A stretch of DNA of 64,000 nt from Camelus dromedarius. Its lineage: Eukaryota. The DNA is taken from NCBI RefSeq assembly GCF_036321535.1, contig NC_087436.1:12152001-12216000 (forward strand). The letters are read 5' to 3'. Below, piece by piece: positions 1 through 12,009 of this stretch. The translations under genes were made by a program, and so were the position numbers. The notes beneath the pieces are model-generated. The model did no database searches. It was not told the DNA's origin and worked only from the letters and a program-made list of their open reading frames with translations. The number at the start of each line of letters is the position of its first letter. Position 1 is the stretch's first letter.

Positions 1-154
1 TAAATAAGTCTCTGATGACAAAGGCTGTGCATAGCAAGACTGCTTATGGGTGCAAGTTCAGATATACAAGCATTTGTTAAACCAGATCCCACACTTCAGG
101 ATCTTATTGAATTTCCAGAGCCTTGAGTATACTAAGCATTACTAAATTCTCTAA

Positions 155-470
155 TACATGAATATACATATATTGATTGCCACATACTTTTTCACGGTGA
201 GCTACCACAAGATCTTGTACATATTTCCCTGTGCTACACAGTATAATCTTGTTTATCTATTCTGCATATGCCTGTCAGTATCTACAAATTTCAAACTCCC
301 GTCTGTCCCTTCCCACCCACCTCCTTCCTGGCAACCACAAGTTTGTATTCTATGTCTGTGAGTCTGTTTCTGTTTTGTATTTATGTTCTATGTTCATTTG
401 TCTTTTTCTTTTCTTTCTTTCTCTTTTTTTTTTAGATTCCACATACGAGTGATCTCATGTGTAGTATTTC
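155..470 (-). mobile_element. L1 3' UTR fragment (camelid-type), antisense, truncated
   Basis: Reverse-complement L1 3'UTR motifs (ccctgtgctacacagtataatcttg; ggcaaccacaagtttgtattctatgtctgtgagtctgtttctg; ttagattccacatacgagtgatctcat), similar to the L1 at 42773-43150. Confidence 0.85.
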
Positions 471-627
471 TAATGAGGAAAAGGAGAGCTATTTTCCTCT
501 TTCTGGGAGAGTTAAGATAGACTGTTCCCAAATCTATTACGTGGAGGCCAGTATCTAGTGTTTTCTCCCTTGGCCCTTCACCTCCATGTTGTAGAAGAAC
601 TATTTCTCTCAAATTAAAGCATATATG

Positions 628-730
628 TGTGAATTGTATCGGCCGTGCCCCCGTCTGTCCCCTCTTGTATCCCCTGGGTCTGGTGAGGAGCCAGGTCCGC
701 ATAATAATAAATGTTTGTTGAATGAAAAAA
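628..730 (+). pseudogene. 5'-truncated retrocopy of an mRNA 3' end (L2-like polyA signal), with 17-bp TSD
   Basis: Perfect direct repeats AAATTAAAGCATATATG at 611-627 and 731-747; AATAAA at 706-711; A-tract from 725. Confidence 0.75.
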
Positions 731-929
731 AAATTAAAGCATATATGAACTTGGTCCAATAAATGTTTTTTTTCAGGTAAACAAAACCCACTACTCTCTT
801 TAATGAACATTACCCAAAGGAAGGCAAAAACCAAACTCTTTATTAAACAAGCATTTGAGTGCTTGGTTGCCGTGGGAGAAATCAGGCTCCTACAGTGACG
901 GATAATCAGAGTCCACTAACTCCAATTTA

Positions 930-2520
930 ATGCTAGCTACTCTGATAGAAAATAACCCACTTATTTGCAATAAAAATATCTAAGAATAACTTCAAATTAA
1001 AGTTCAGTAACTTTATGAAGGAAAAAATAGAAAATTTACTGAGAGACAATAAAGCTGACTTAAATGAATGTAAGAATGATTTTCCTGAATGAAAACATAG
1101 ATTAGTTTAGAGATGTCAGGTATCTCCTAATTAATTTGTAGAGTTCATGTAATTCCAAAAAATCTTCATTGGAGTTTTATTTGCTTAAACTTAAAAGAAA
1201 TTGTATTAAGTCAGGGTTTTCCAGGAAAACAGAACTGATAGGAGACGTGTACACAGATCTCAGAGGCCCACCCACATAGGCGAGGGCAATCTGCTTTACT
1301 CAGCCTATTGATTTAAATGTTAATGTTGTTCAGAAATAGCCAGAATAATGTTTAACCAAATATCTGGACACCCTGTGGCCTGGTCAATAAAATTAACCAT
1401 CACAGATGTTCATGGGTAAGACCTGTTTTGAGCAAGGAGACTCACAGCAGTGTCAGCAAATAATTAGGTGCCTAAAGAAAAGTATATACCATAATATAAG
1501 CGCTATGCCATATTAAGCATATATAATATGAAGTTAAAATAATTAGAACAATATAGATCCAGAACTATATAAGCAGACACTTCAAGAGAACAGAATCTAT
1601 AGTTTGTAAGTAGACTCTGGTATCACAAACTATTGTGAAAGGAAGAATTGGTCATTAAAACGGTGTTAGGAAAACTGATATCCCAGCTTATTACAGTAGG
1701 AATAATACAGACAAAATATGCAGAAAGTAAATTGCATACATCATCTGATCTTTAGGTATAAATGAAGACATCATAAACTAAAACGAAATCAAAAGGTAAA
1801 GAGTGATTGAATTAAGACCATAAAAAAGTAGAAATTTCTGTGAGTCATAAATGTGTCACATGAATTAAAAAAAAAATAACAAAACTGGGGAAAATATTTA
1901 CAGTGATTGTGAAAAACAAAACAAAAAAATCCATAAGGAAAGTCCAAAGTGTCCATTTGAAAACTGGGCAAGGATTAGAAAAGGTCATTCTCAGAAAAAC
2001 CAATACAAATGTTTAATAAATATTTAAAAAATTGTTCAACATCACTAGTATTCAATCAAATAAATTTTAGTTAATGTGATAATACTTCTTTGCATGTTAA
2101 AATTGTCAAAGATTAAAAGCAGATTATATTCACTATTGGGTAGGTATGTTATGTATATAGGGAGAATACACACTCTCATATGTTGTTAATAGAATATTAA
2201 CATAATAAAACCTTCTGAGAAGATAATATATAAGATTAATGATCATAATTTTGACATTAATTTCACTATATGTTTTTATTCTTATGGCATTATGCTAAGA
2301 AATGCATTCTAAGGAAATAACAAAAGTAACTTAAGATATAAATACAAGTAAGAACGTTCATTGAAGCAACACAAAACTGGGAATGTCTAAATGTCCAACA
2401 ATTGAGAAATGGCAAAGGTAGTTTTGCTGCTTCCATAAGGTAGAATATTATGTAGCTATTAAGCAAATATTTTCAAATAAATTTTAATATGTAAGAAAGA
2501 AAATTCATTGAGATGAGAAA
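930..2520 (+). mobile_element. Old L1M/L1ME ORF2-3' fragment, interrupted by an MLT2 LTR
   Basis: Degenerate A-rich L1 ORF2 motifs (aaatttactgagagacaataaagctgacttaaatgaatg; aaaactgggggaaaatattt-like; aaaattgttcaacatcactagta; aaatgtccaacaattgagaaatgg). Confidence 0.6.
1202..1404 (-). mobile_element. MLT2-family (ERVL) solo LTR with internal deletion
   Basis: Begins tgtattaagtcagggttttccagg and ends ccaaatatctggacaccctgtggcc...aaaattaaccatcaca, the reverse complement of MLT2 termini; only about 200 bp remain. Confidence 0.8.
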
Positions 2521-2879
2521 CATGGCTACAATGTCAGGTAGAATTAGAGTGGAGAAGAGCTGTCTGGGTTAAGAATTTAACTTGAATGTGCTAACTTTTA
2601 GCTGAACAAGTATCCAAACAGAGATTGGGAACTGAATATGTGAGACTTGAGCACAGAGATATAAACTGGGGAGATGACATATTCTCAGCCTTTTCATTTT
2701 CTGTTCCTAGCATCGCTGGTCATTCTGGCTAGAACTCTTTGGGTAGGGGTTGACTCTGCTTTTTCCTTTGCTGTTCCTTTCCATTGGGAAAAAAAAAAAA
2801 GAATCTTATCAAATTCTATGAATTACTCCTTCATAGCAATATATTTACTTAATGGAGTATTTAATACTCCATTCAGCGG

Positions 2880-3450
2880 ACTGACATCTTCACTGTCATG
2901 ACTGACATGCGCCGTGGCAATATACCCCTCCATGTACTCTACACCAGATTAATCTTCCAAAACCATCAACTCTCTGATGTTTCCCTCTTTTTCGAAATCT
3001 TGAATGGCTCCTCATTGCCTATAACATTAACAGCCCTGCAGCCTGAACCACCTTTCTTTTAAGGCTCCTTTCCTTTTCTTCCTAATATGTAACTCACATT
3101 CCAAGCAATCTGTATCATTAGCTTTAGCAAACGTTCACTGTGGTGTCAGAAGACCAGCCTTGGATTATTTGTTCCCATGGGCTTCAACCTATCCCTCTCA
3201 TTTATAACACCAAATCCTACTCATATTTTAAGAATCACATACAATGTCTTGTCCTCCATGGTGTCTTTTTTCAATCCCCACAAACAAAAAGTTGCCTCAC
3301 ACTGAACCTTTCATGGTTCTTATTTTTACATTTTAGATTACACGTATCCCATAGTTGCCTATATTTTGCACATTTGTGAAATGTTTTACTTCATCTCCTA
3401 ATTCTAAATTATATTTAGCAAAATGGGAGACTTCTAAACATCCCTATCTT
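2880..3450 (+). mobile_element. Degenerate L2 fragment
   Basis: Pyrimidine-rich L2-like motifs (acaccagattaatcttccaaaacc; aatcttgaatggctcctcattgcct; aaatcctactcatattttaag). Confidence 0.5.
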
Positions 3451-4117
3451 TGACAGAACTGCCAGACTTAAAACAAAACAAAATGCAACAATAACAAAAA
3501 CCCAAAAAGCAAGGGAATGACAGTTTGACTAATACAAATAGACTATTAACACATACAAATTAGTTTCTTATGTTACACAAGAGAAAACCTGTTCCTTTCT
3601 CATGCCTATGGGGCCTTTGCAAACTGGTTATATTTTGGCCACACAGAAAAAAATCCTAATACAGTCCAAACAGCAAAAAAATACACAAGTTCACCTCTTT
3701 TGATCACATTGTAAAAAATAAAAGGAAATACAAATTAATAATATATTGGCAAAAGAAAAGAAAAGAAAAATTCAGGTACTCTGATATTTAAAAAAATGTT
3801 TTTTAATTAAATTTCTAATTAATTTTGAATAAAACTTAATAAAATCAGGATAAAACTACATACTATCAAAAATCATTGCAATGAGAATAGTAAATTTTAA
3901 ATTTTATGACATATTGCCTAAGCTCTTCACTAAATAATACTTCATGTGGAAGATACAGTGACTTAGCTTGCTTAATATCCATTTCAGCTTTCAGTTGGGG
4001 GGCTTTCTGAATGACAGGAGCTAGAAAGCTAAACCTGACTTTTACATGACTTCCTTACAACTAAATTTTTGGATGTGAAATTGGTTATTCTAAGAGATGC
4101 ACTCTTGTGTTCTAGAA

Positions 4118-4435
4118 CAGCACTAGAAAACAACAGTAGAAATTTAATATTAGCCACATATGCAATTTAAAATCTTCTAATAGGCACATTACAAAAAGTC
4201 AACAGATGGAATTATTTTATAATGCATTTTACTTTACCCAATATATTCAAAATATTGTCATTTCAACATATAATCAATATTTAAAAATTGGGATGTTGTA
4301 CATTCCTTTTTTCCCATTTAGTCTTTGATGTCTAGTGTGTAATTTAAACTCACAGTACATCTCCATCTGTACTAATCACATTTCAAGTGTTCAGTGGCCA
4401 CATGTGGTTAATGGCGACAATGGTGGACAGCAGGG
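4118..4435 (+). mobile_element. MER33 (hAT-Charlie non-autonomous DNA transposon)
   Basis: Near full-length match to recalled MER33 consensus (agccacatatgcaatttaaaatcttcta...cacatttcaagtgttcagtggccacatgtgg...ggacagc); Charlie-type 8-bp TSD TTCTAGAA/CTCTAAAA. Confidence 0.85.
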
Positions 4436-4440
4436 CTCTA

Positions 4441-4770
4441 AAAAGATGAACTTCTTTATGAAACAGAAACAGACTCACAGACACAGAAAACAAACTTATG
4501 GTTGCCAAAGGGGGAAAGGAGAGGCAAGGGATAAATTGGGAGTTCTAGACTTGCAGGTACTAACCACTACATATAAAATAGATAAACAACAAGTTTATAC
4601 TGTACAGCACAGGGAACTATATTCACTATCTTATAGTAACCTATAATGAAAAAGAATATGAAAAGTAATATATGTTTGTACATGTATGACTGAAACATTA
4701 TGCTGTACACCAGAAACTGATGCAACATTGTAAATTGACTATATTGCAATAAACAAATAATTTTTTTTAA
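4441..4770 (+). mobile_element. 5'-truncated camelid-type L1 3' end
   Basis: gaaacagaaacagactcacagac...tgtacagcacagggaactatattc...gctgtacaccagaaactgatgcaacattgtaaattgactata; imperfect TSD aaaaagat(t)gaa. Confidence 0.9.
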
Positions 4771-7387
4771 AAAGATTGAAACAGGGAGAAGCAATTTCCT
4801 GTTGAAGACGCAGTTTCTCCTGGTAGACATTGTGGTAGAGAAATTGGGTTTTTTGCAGCAGTGTTTCAGTGTTGCATCAGAAATAGGTGTGGTGGTGACA
4901 GTGACTTCCTGATTTCTGGATCAAAGCTAAGGGGTGTGTTCTTAAAGTCAATATTTCCAGCAATGCCATCACAATTCTTCCCTTTCTGATTGTATCAACC
5001 ATGGTATCTCCCTAATAGGCCAGTTCTGTGGTCTTCTTCCGGGGTCATTCCAGCTGCATCAGAATCAAGCTTGCTTCTTCAGGCCTCCTAACATCTCTCT
5101 AAGTGTTCAATTCCATTAAATTTGTTTTGTTTTTGCTTAAAACTGACAGGACGTTTTTCCTCCTGCAACTAAACTCCAAGTGATATACACAGTATAATAA
5201 ATCTTCTGTTTAAAAAATAGAATTACATGTGTTGAGGATTTTTAACTGTTTAAAAAAAAATTCAATAAAATGAATATAAAATGTAAAAGGAATCAATTAA
5301 GAAAAAGATAAATCAACCAAAAACAAAATTTTTGACTAGTCTAATAAGTAAAAGTTAAATTGGAAATGTGTAAAATTGAAACCAAAAAGAGCATGCATTG
5401 TACAATTAAAAAGCTAAAGATTATAATAAAACATTGTGTTTATGTAAACGTTTGTAAATTTTAAAATCTTAATCAAACTAATGAAATGGAGTTCATAATT
5501 TTCTAAGAAAAATGAAATTATCAAGTTTGACTGAAGATATAGTAAAAACCTGAATATCCATGAATGAATCAAGAATCTCAGAAGAAAAAATAATCATCTT
5601 TCTACAAAGGAGCTTCCACTAATGGAAAAGTTGCTCTAATCCCTGTACCAGATGTACCACTCGGAAAAATTTGAAAGAACTGAAAAGTCAGCTGAATGGA
5701 GACTAGAGACTCTAGAGACTCTAAACCTGTTTAGGTTGCATGCTGCTAAGCCTCCAAAGCTTAGGGCATGCAGTATTCAGAAACATTCATAAAAGTTAGC
5801 AGGGAAAAACCATAAATTTCAGTGATAAAATGTATGACCTAAGTAATCAAAAAGGTCTGAACGTATGATGTATCTTACAGCAAACTGGGTATTGATACAG
5901 AAAAACAGTTACTGCTGATGGGTAGATAATGTTTAACATTTTGAAAGCAGCACAGTCTTTCTCCAGCTTACTGGCACTGCCAAGGTAAGTGTACATTTCA
6001 ATTCAGCTAACCAACAAAGTAGATGGTAATATTACCTAAGAAGAATCTATCTAGCATGCAATTTATGAATTACTAAAGAAGTCATTATACAGAGTCTATT
6101 GTATCCAGCATTGTGTTCATGAAAGGGTGACAAAGCAGAAATACAAAATAATGTACAATGTCAAAAGATTTAGACTTATTTCTTTAGGGATCATTTTATG
6201 GTTATGCACCAATTTTGAATTTCCACGGCAGCCAAAGAATCAGCTTCCGGGTGACTGTTTTCACATTATAAAAAACATGTTTTGCTTCAGGTAAGAAATC
6301 ATGTCTTTTCCATTTTGTTCTCTAGAGTATATAACAGAATACTGGTTGAACTGAGTTGGAAATAAAATAAAATTGAATTTATTTCCCTGCATTGGTTTAT
6401 TTTTTGAGTCAGGTTCTTCAGAGAGCAAAAAACACAATATCAACATCACCAAAAATAAATTCTACCGTATAATCTGTGGATAATATTTAACCCAGTACTA
6501 ATTTTTCTCTGTGTAATTAGTGAGTATCTGAGTGACCGTGCCTGTTGATGGTGTCAGATGACGGCCAAGAGAACCCCAGGAGAGTGATGTGGATGCTTCT
6601 GGTCAGTTCCCCTCCATCCACTACGTAGAAGAAAATGCCTTCATCCATTGCCTTTTGTATGTGGAGACACAGCTAAGCAATGCTCATTCTGTAGTATCTC
6701 AAGTATTTTCTAAAGTACTAACACTCACATACTTTTCAAAGAATTTGTGAGAATTCAGTCATCTGACTCAAATTCTGAATCAGAAACCGAAAGAGAAAAT
6801 TCAGACTAAACCCAAACAAAATGACTGCAACTTAGAGTCTTCCTGGCTACCTGGCACTCATGCGAATCTCCAAGGGAATCACAGTTTCAATTATTTTAGA
6901 AATGAGGGATGTGGACATGATCTGTGATCATTTCAGTTGCTAGGATTCTGATGATCCAAGCCAACCAAGTATCTTTAAATGATTCTAACAGCTGATGTTT
7001 TAAAAATTAAAACAGATTTTCTAACTACCTGTTGTCTCATTCCATACATTTGTTTATAGTTGAATTATATTGGTTGATTAATTGAAATTACATTTTCAAA
7101 ATTACTAATTACAAAATTTGATCCTAGTTCAGTATTGCCAAATAGGACGAAGACAAAAAATCATGTAAATGTCTATCTTGTCTTATAATTTTCTTTAGTT
7201 TAAAAGCCAACTTATACGGATCTTCGGAAGCTAGATCCATAAGAATAGATCTAGGACTATTTAGACTAAACTCCCTACCTAAAAGAGAAAAAGAGAGATA
7301 AAAGATAATCATACCAAACAAGTTACAATATGGCCAAATACAATCAATTAATTTTATGCTCGATTGACTAAATAAGAAAATGTGTTT

Positions 7388-7917
7388 GTAGTCAATAATT
7401 ATGCAGTATCTTTGATGACAGATGTTAACTAGGTTTATTACAGTGATCATTTTGAAATGTACAGAAATATTGAATCACTATGCTGTGTAACAGGTACTAA
7501 CATGGTGTTGTAGGTCAAATATACTACAATAACAAATTAAAAACTCATAGAAAAAGAGATCAGACTTGTAGTTACCAGAGACAGAGTTTGAGGGGAGGGT
7601 GAATTGGATGAAGGTAATCAAAAGGTACAAACTTGTAGGTGTAAGATAAATATGTACTAGGTATGTAATGTACAACCTGATTAATATAATTAGCATTGCT
7701 GTATGTTACATGTAAAAGCTGTTAAGAGAAAAATCCTGAGTTCTCATCCCAAGGGAAAAATATTTTTTTCTATTTCTTTAATTTTCTATCTATATGAGAT
7801 GAGTGTTCACTAAACTTATTATAGTAATCATTTCTTGATATGTACATTAAATCATTATGCTGTACACCTTAAACTTACACAGTGCTATATGTCAATTATA
7901 GCTCAATAAAACTGGAA
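7388..7917 (+). mobile_element. Older L1 3' UTR (laurasiatherian/artiodactyl type)
   Basis: aaactcatagaaaaagagatcagacttgtagttaccagag...aatcattatgctgtacaccttaaacttacacagtgc...caataaaactgg. Confidence 0.9.
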
Positions 7918-8256
7918 TATTGATAGTTTCAGCATGTAAGTCTTTCACTTCCTTGGTCTGGTTTATTCACGAGTATTTTATTTTTTGATGCAATTTTAAA
8001 AGGGGTTGTTTTTAACTTTCCCTTTCTGATACTTCATTGTTAGTATAAAGAAATGCAACAGATTTTTGTAGGTTAAATTTGTATCCTGCTACCTTGCTGA
8101 ATTCATTTATCGGTTCTAATAGTTTTTGTGTGGAGTCTTTAGGGTTTTCTATATATAGTTATCCTGTTATCTGCATATAATGACAATTCTACCTCTTCCC
8201 TTCCAATTTGGATACCTTTTATTTATTTTTCTTGTCCAATTGCTGTGGCTATGACT
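7918..8256 (-). mobile_element. L1 ORF2 internal fragment, antisense
   Basis: Closely similar to 44570-44895 (RT-domain region of L1 ORF2) in this window. Confidence 0.9.
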
Positions 8257-10720
8257 GAGGAAGGATTTTGGATTGAACTCATGTTCCTGGGAACATATTT
8301 AAATGCTACAGCACTGACGAGGTATGGAGTGCTCCAGTTTTTTTAAGTGAGAATAAATTTTATAATTCCCACAGGGACTGTAGTTCTGAAACATTGAAAA
8401 ACTTTATATAAATGTTAAGTTAAAGTCCTTTTAAAATGTGTATTATTCATACCAAATACCCTGATGGAAACAATGCACTAATATGTTCACTGTTATTAAA
8501 AATAGAAATACTAAAATATGGAAAATTATACAATATATGTGAAATTTAAGAAAAATAGGGGATTATTATGCAAGGTAAGATGTAAAAGAGAATATTTTCT
8601 ATATTCATATAACAGATTAAGTAAAGGCTAAAAAAAGGCAGAGTAAGATAAACAAGGTTTAGAGACTATCAAAAGAGGCAGAAAGGTGCTTGCCTTTTCC
8701 TCTTTCATTCTTCCTCATAAGCTCTATTAGGATCCAACACTGCTATGAAAACTCTCCCCTCATTTCCTAAAGTGAAAGTGATCATTATTCACAGGACACC
8801 TGTTTAAGTTTTCATTTGTTCCTCATATAAGGTATTTATCACATTTCATCAAGTTACTTTTGCCGTCCACCCTACTACATTATACAACCAGGCAGAGTAG
8901 TGCCCATGTGTCATTTATCTTTCTGTGCCTAGGTTATCCTGTTAAGAAGTATATATTGAACTCAAATCATCGTTATAAAAGTTATAGTTGTTATAACTAA
9001 ATTGTTCAGAATGCTAGGTGCTATGCTATGTGCTTTGAGAATTAAGGCCATGATATTCATACTTTATGTATTTATTTATGCTTATATGTTTAGCATTGAA
9101 TTGTTAATTAATTAGCATTAATTATTAATTATTCAATATTTCAATTTCAGGGAATAATGCTATGCCTTCTAGGATTAATTAAACCATAGTATAGTTGTAT
9201 CATTCTAAAATTTGACCATATAATTTGCAAAACTATTTGCTAAAAACAAAGTCCACTTCTCTCTGTGACATATGGAAGATGCACATTACTTTCTTTTTTC
9301 CTTTGATACTCAGTTTATATTATCATTGAATTTTTCATGTTTTTCCTTTTATTTGTATGCATTTAAATTTTCTCTAGTGTAGTGATTGAAGGTACTCTAA
9401 TGACTGTAGTGAAATTTCTAGAAAATTTGAAGATTTTCTAAAGAGGTATAAATATATTAATATTTTCACCCTCTCAAACTTGAATTAATGCTGTGATCTG
9501 AAAAAATAAAAAGCATTCTATGAGCCTTGCTGAAGTTCTTTTCTGTCTTTTTCTGGAGTTCCTATAGGGACTCAAACTGGGCAAGGAAATTTATGTTGGC
9601 TAACAACTTCTGGTTCTCACTAGAGGTCACTGGATGTCAAATAACTGACCAGGCAACAGGGACACAGATGCCAAAGGTAGTCTGCATAAAGCATCCTCTT
9701 TGTACAATCTGGGTAATGCCTCGGATAGCATGCCAGTTAGAACACTACACTCTGAAACACATTAAGGCCAATTAGTGCCTGACTCCTGCACTGTTTCTGT
9801 CTTTGAAACTAAGAGCTTCAGTGCTACGTGGCCTTGGCAGACCTGGCAGAAAAACAGGATCCGAGGGGTTGGTATCGCATTCTTCAGATCAAATGATTCA
9901 GTATAGTTAAGACTGTCTGATGACTTAGATTATTATATTTTCTCTCTTCAATGAAGTGTTAGACATATTTAATTAGTATCACAATCAACGTTATAAGTTC
10001 AACTCTTACAAAATCAATAGTTCTTTAAGAACGTTAGTCATGTTGCAGGAGAAGGAGGTAACAGCACACCTGAGTAGGTTCCACGGGCAGACATGCCTCT
10101 ACTAACCTCAGATTTCAATTTTCATCACATGCAGTACTTTCAGTATTCAAACTCTGATGTGGAGTTTGTGCTTCATTATTTGCCTGTCATGTTAACCTGA
10201 GTGTTAATAAAACAAAATAATGCTTTAAATAGATACAAAAGTGTATCACCATTGTGGTACAAAAGTACCAATTATAAATCCTCAAGAGAACTTTTAAATG
10301 TAAAAATCATTCAAAAAAACTTATGAGTGATATGGTTAAAGGATTAATCTTATGAGAAAATGTATTACGACAAATGGAGAAAAACAGATTTCATCCCCCA
10401 AACTTAGAAATTTAAAGATTAGAAATTCAAAACCCACAGGAAATCTTTCAGATCCCCCCGCCAAAAAAATAGTCATCACTTCAGCCTACAATATTGGACT
10501 TGTGGAAAAAAAACCCTAATTTTGTAATGAGTCCTATTGAGCTAAATTAGAATTTATCACCACATTATTCATTTTAATGTTTATTATTTTGAGACGTAAT
10601 TTATTAAAAATAACAGATCACTGAGGTGAAGAGCAAATACAGGTCTAGCTAGGAGCAAGTGAGTTTTGGGGGTAAGAATAACACCATTTAGTAACTAGTC
10701 TGCTCTGATACTGTTTTTTG

Positions 10721-12009
10721 TGTAGTTTGATCATTAACTGATACATGCATATCTAAAGAGCCTCTTGTTTCATGATCATTTTATGTATTCTTTAGAAACG
10801 TGTCCTGTGAACTGAGGCATTTATATACTGGGCTCTTAGATTGAAAGTGGCTAATGGAAGGTCCCGCTACATATTGAGTTAATTGCTCTACTAATTGCTT
10901 TCCTGTCTCACTGGTAATCAGGAGCAAACAGCTCGAGTTCTCAGCATGTGGCCTAATGATTTTAAAAGAGAAAGCCATAAACTTTGCACTGATTTTAAAG
11001 CCAAACACATGACAGTTTCCACTTCTCACAGCAATTGTTATTAGAAAACAAGAAAACAAAGGAGAACCCACTTATTTTTACAGGTTATCAAGAAATGTTC
11101 CAAATTTGTTGTTACCCCTTTTTGAAATTGTTAAAGCATTTTGTTTTAAAAGAGAGCTGCACTTAGAAATTAGCCTCACAATGTAATTTAATTACTTTTT
11201 ATTTTGATGTTGGAACCATATGAATGAGCAGACTTTTTTTTTTTTTACTCTTTCTGAATAAAAGTAAGAGAGAGGGAAAAAAAGGTAGCAACCTGCTAAT
11301 CTCAGAGTACTAAACAGTGAGGACTTGTACGAAGCACAGCCCTACCAATGAACTGCGACCTCAATCACAGATGGTGTTTTTAGAGTAATAATTTGGAAAA
11401 CACTGGGGATAACCTTCTATCAAACACATGCTAACTAAAGTAGGAAAAGGAGGAAATTATGCAGAAATGTCAGCACTTTTCCACTAGCAAAAAAATGAAA
11501 GCACCACACCCATTTTCATCTAAAATAGCTAGATAATTGAGGGTGAGGGGTGCTTTCAAAAGCTTGTCTGACACCAGAAATTGACACATTGTAACTGACT
11601 ATACTTCAATAAAAAAAAAAAAGCAATGTTAAAAAACTGCAAAACAAACAAACAAAAAAACCTAGTCTGAGTAATGAGCTTTTGATAATTCAGCTCTCCT
11701 GAGTACTCTGGCAAAGCAATGTGAATATTCCAGGGCACTACTGACCTGAAGAAATCAGAATCCACCACGCAGCCCATGTCCCTGGCCCAGCTGTGCTCTG
11801 CTCTGTTGACAAGATTTTTTTCGTTTTCGTTTTGGTTGTCAGACATAGAGTAAATGCGAATAAAACCTTTCCCCAGAAGTGAGGAAGAGAGAAAATACGA
11901 AGGAAATTGTCCTCTCTCTGAGTTGTAGCCACTTCCGCATCTTAGGTTTTTCAAGTTGGTGTTGCCAGGCTCTTTAGATATGCACGTATCAGTTAATGAT
12001 CAAACCACG
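10721..12009. repeat. 43-bp inverted repeat pair (arms 10721-10763 and 11967-12009)
   Basis: TGTAGTTTGATCATTAACTGATACATGCATATCTAAAGAGCCT vs AGGCTCTTTAGATATGCACGTATCAGTTAATGATCAAACCACG: 40/43 reverse-complement identity. Confidence 0.95.
11571..11660 (+). mobile_element. Very short 5'-truncated camelid-type L1 tail with A-rich tail
   Basis: acaccagaaattgacacattgtaactgactatacttcaat plus A-rich tail; TSD aaaagcttgtctga (11558-11571) / aaaacctagtctga (11657-11670), 12/14 identical. Confidence 0.85.

Larger units (their letters stand above)
3945..5189 (+). mobile_element. LTR33-like ERVL solo LTR interrupted by MER33 and L1
   Basis: TG start (tgtggaagat) and typical LTR33-like end (tttttgcttaaaactgac...tgcaactaaactccaagtgatataca). 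Confidence 0.6.
3560..5575 (+). mobile_element. Old L1M ORF2 fragment (about 3560-3940 and 5190-5575) split by nested insertions
   Basis: Degenerate L1 endonuclease-region motifs (ttttggccacacagaaaaaaatcctaata; ttttgatcacattgtaaaaaata) resuming after 5190 (aatgaaattatcaagtttgactgaagatatagtaaaaacctgaata). Confidence 0.5.

Noticed and set aside
5940..6300. Strong splice-donor-like motifs (AAG|GTAAGT at about 5985, CAG|GTAAGA at about 6291) suggesting upstream exons
   Set aside because: No supportable exon or reading frame; such motifs are frequent by chance and need RNA evidence.
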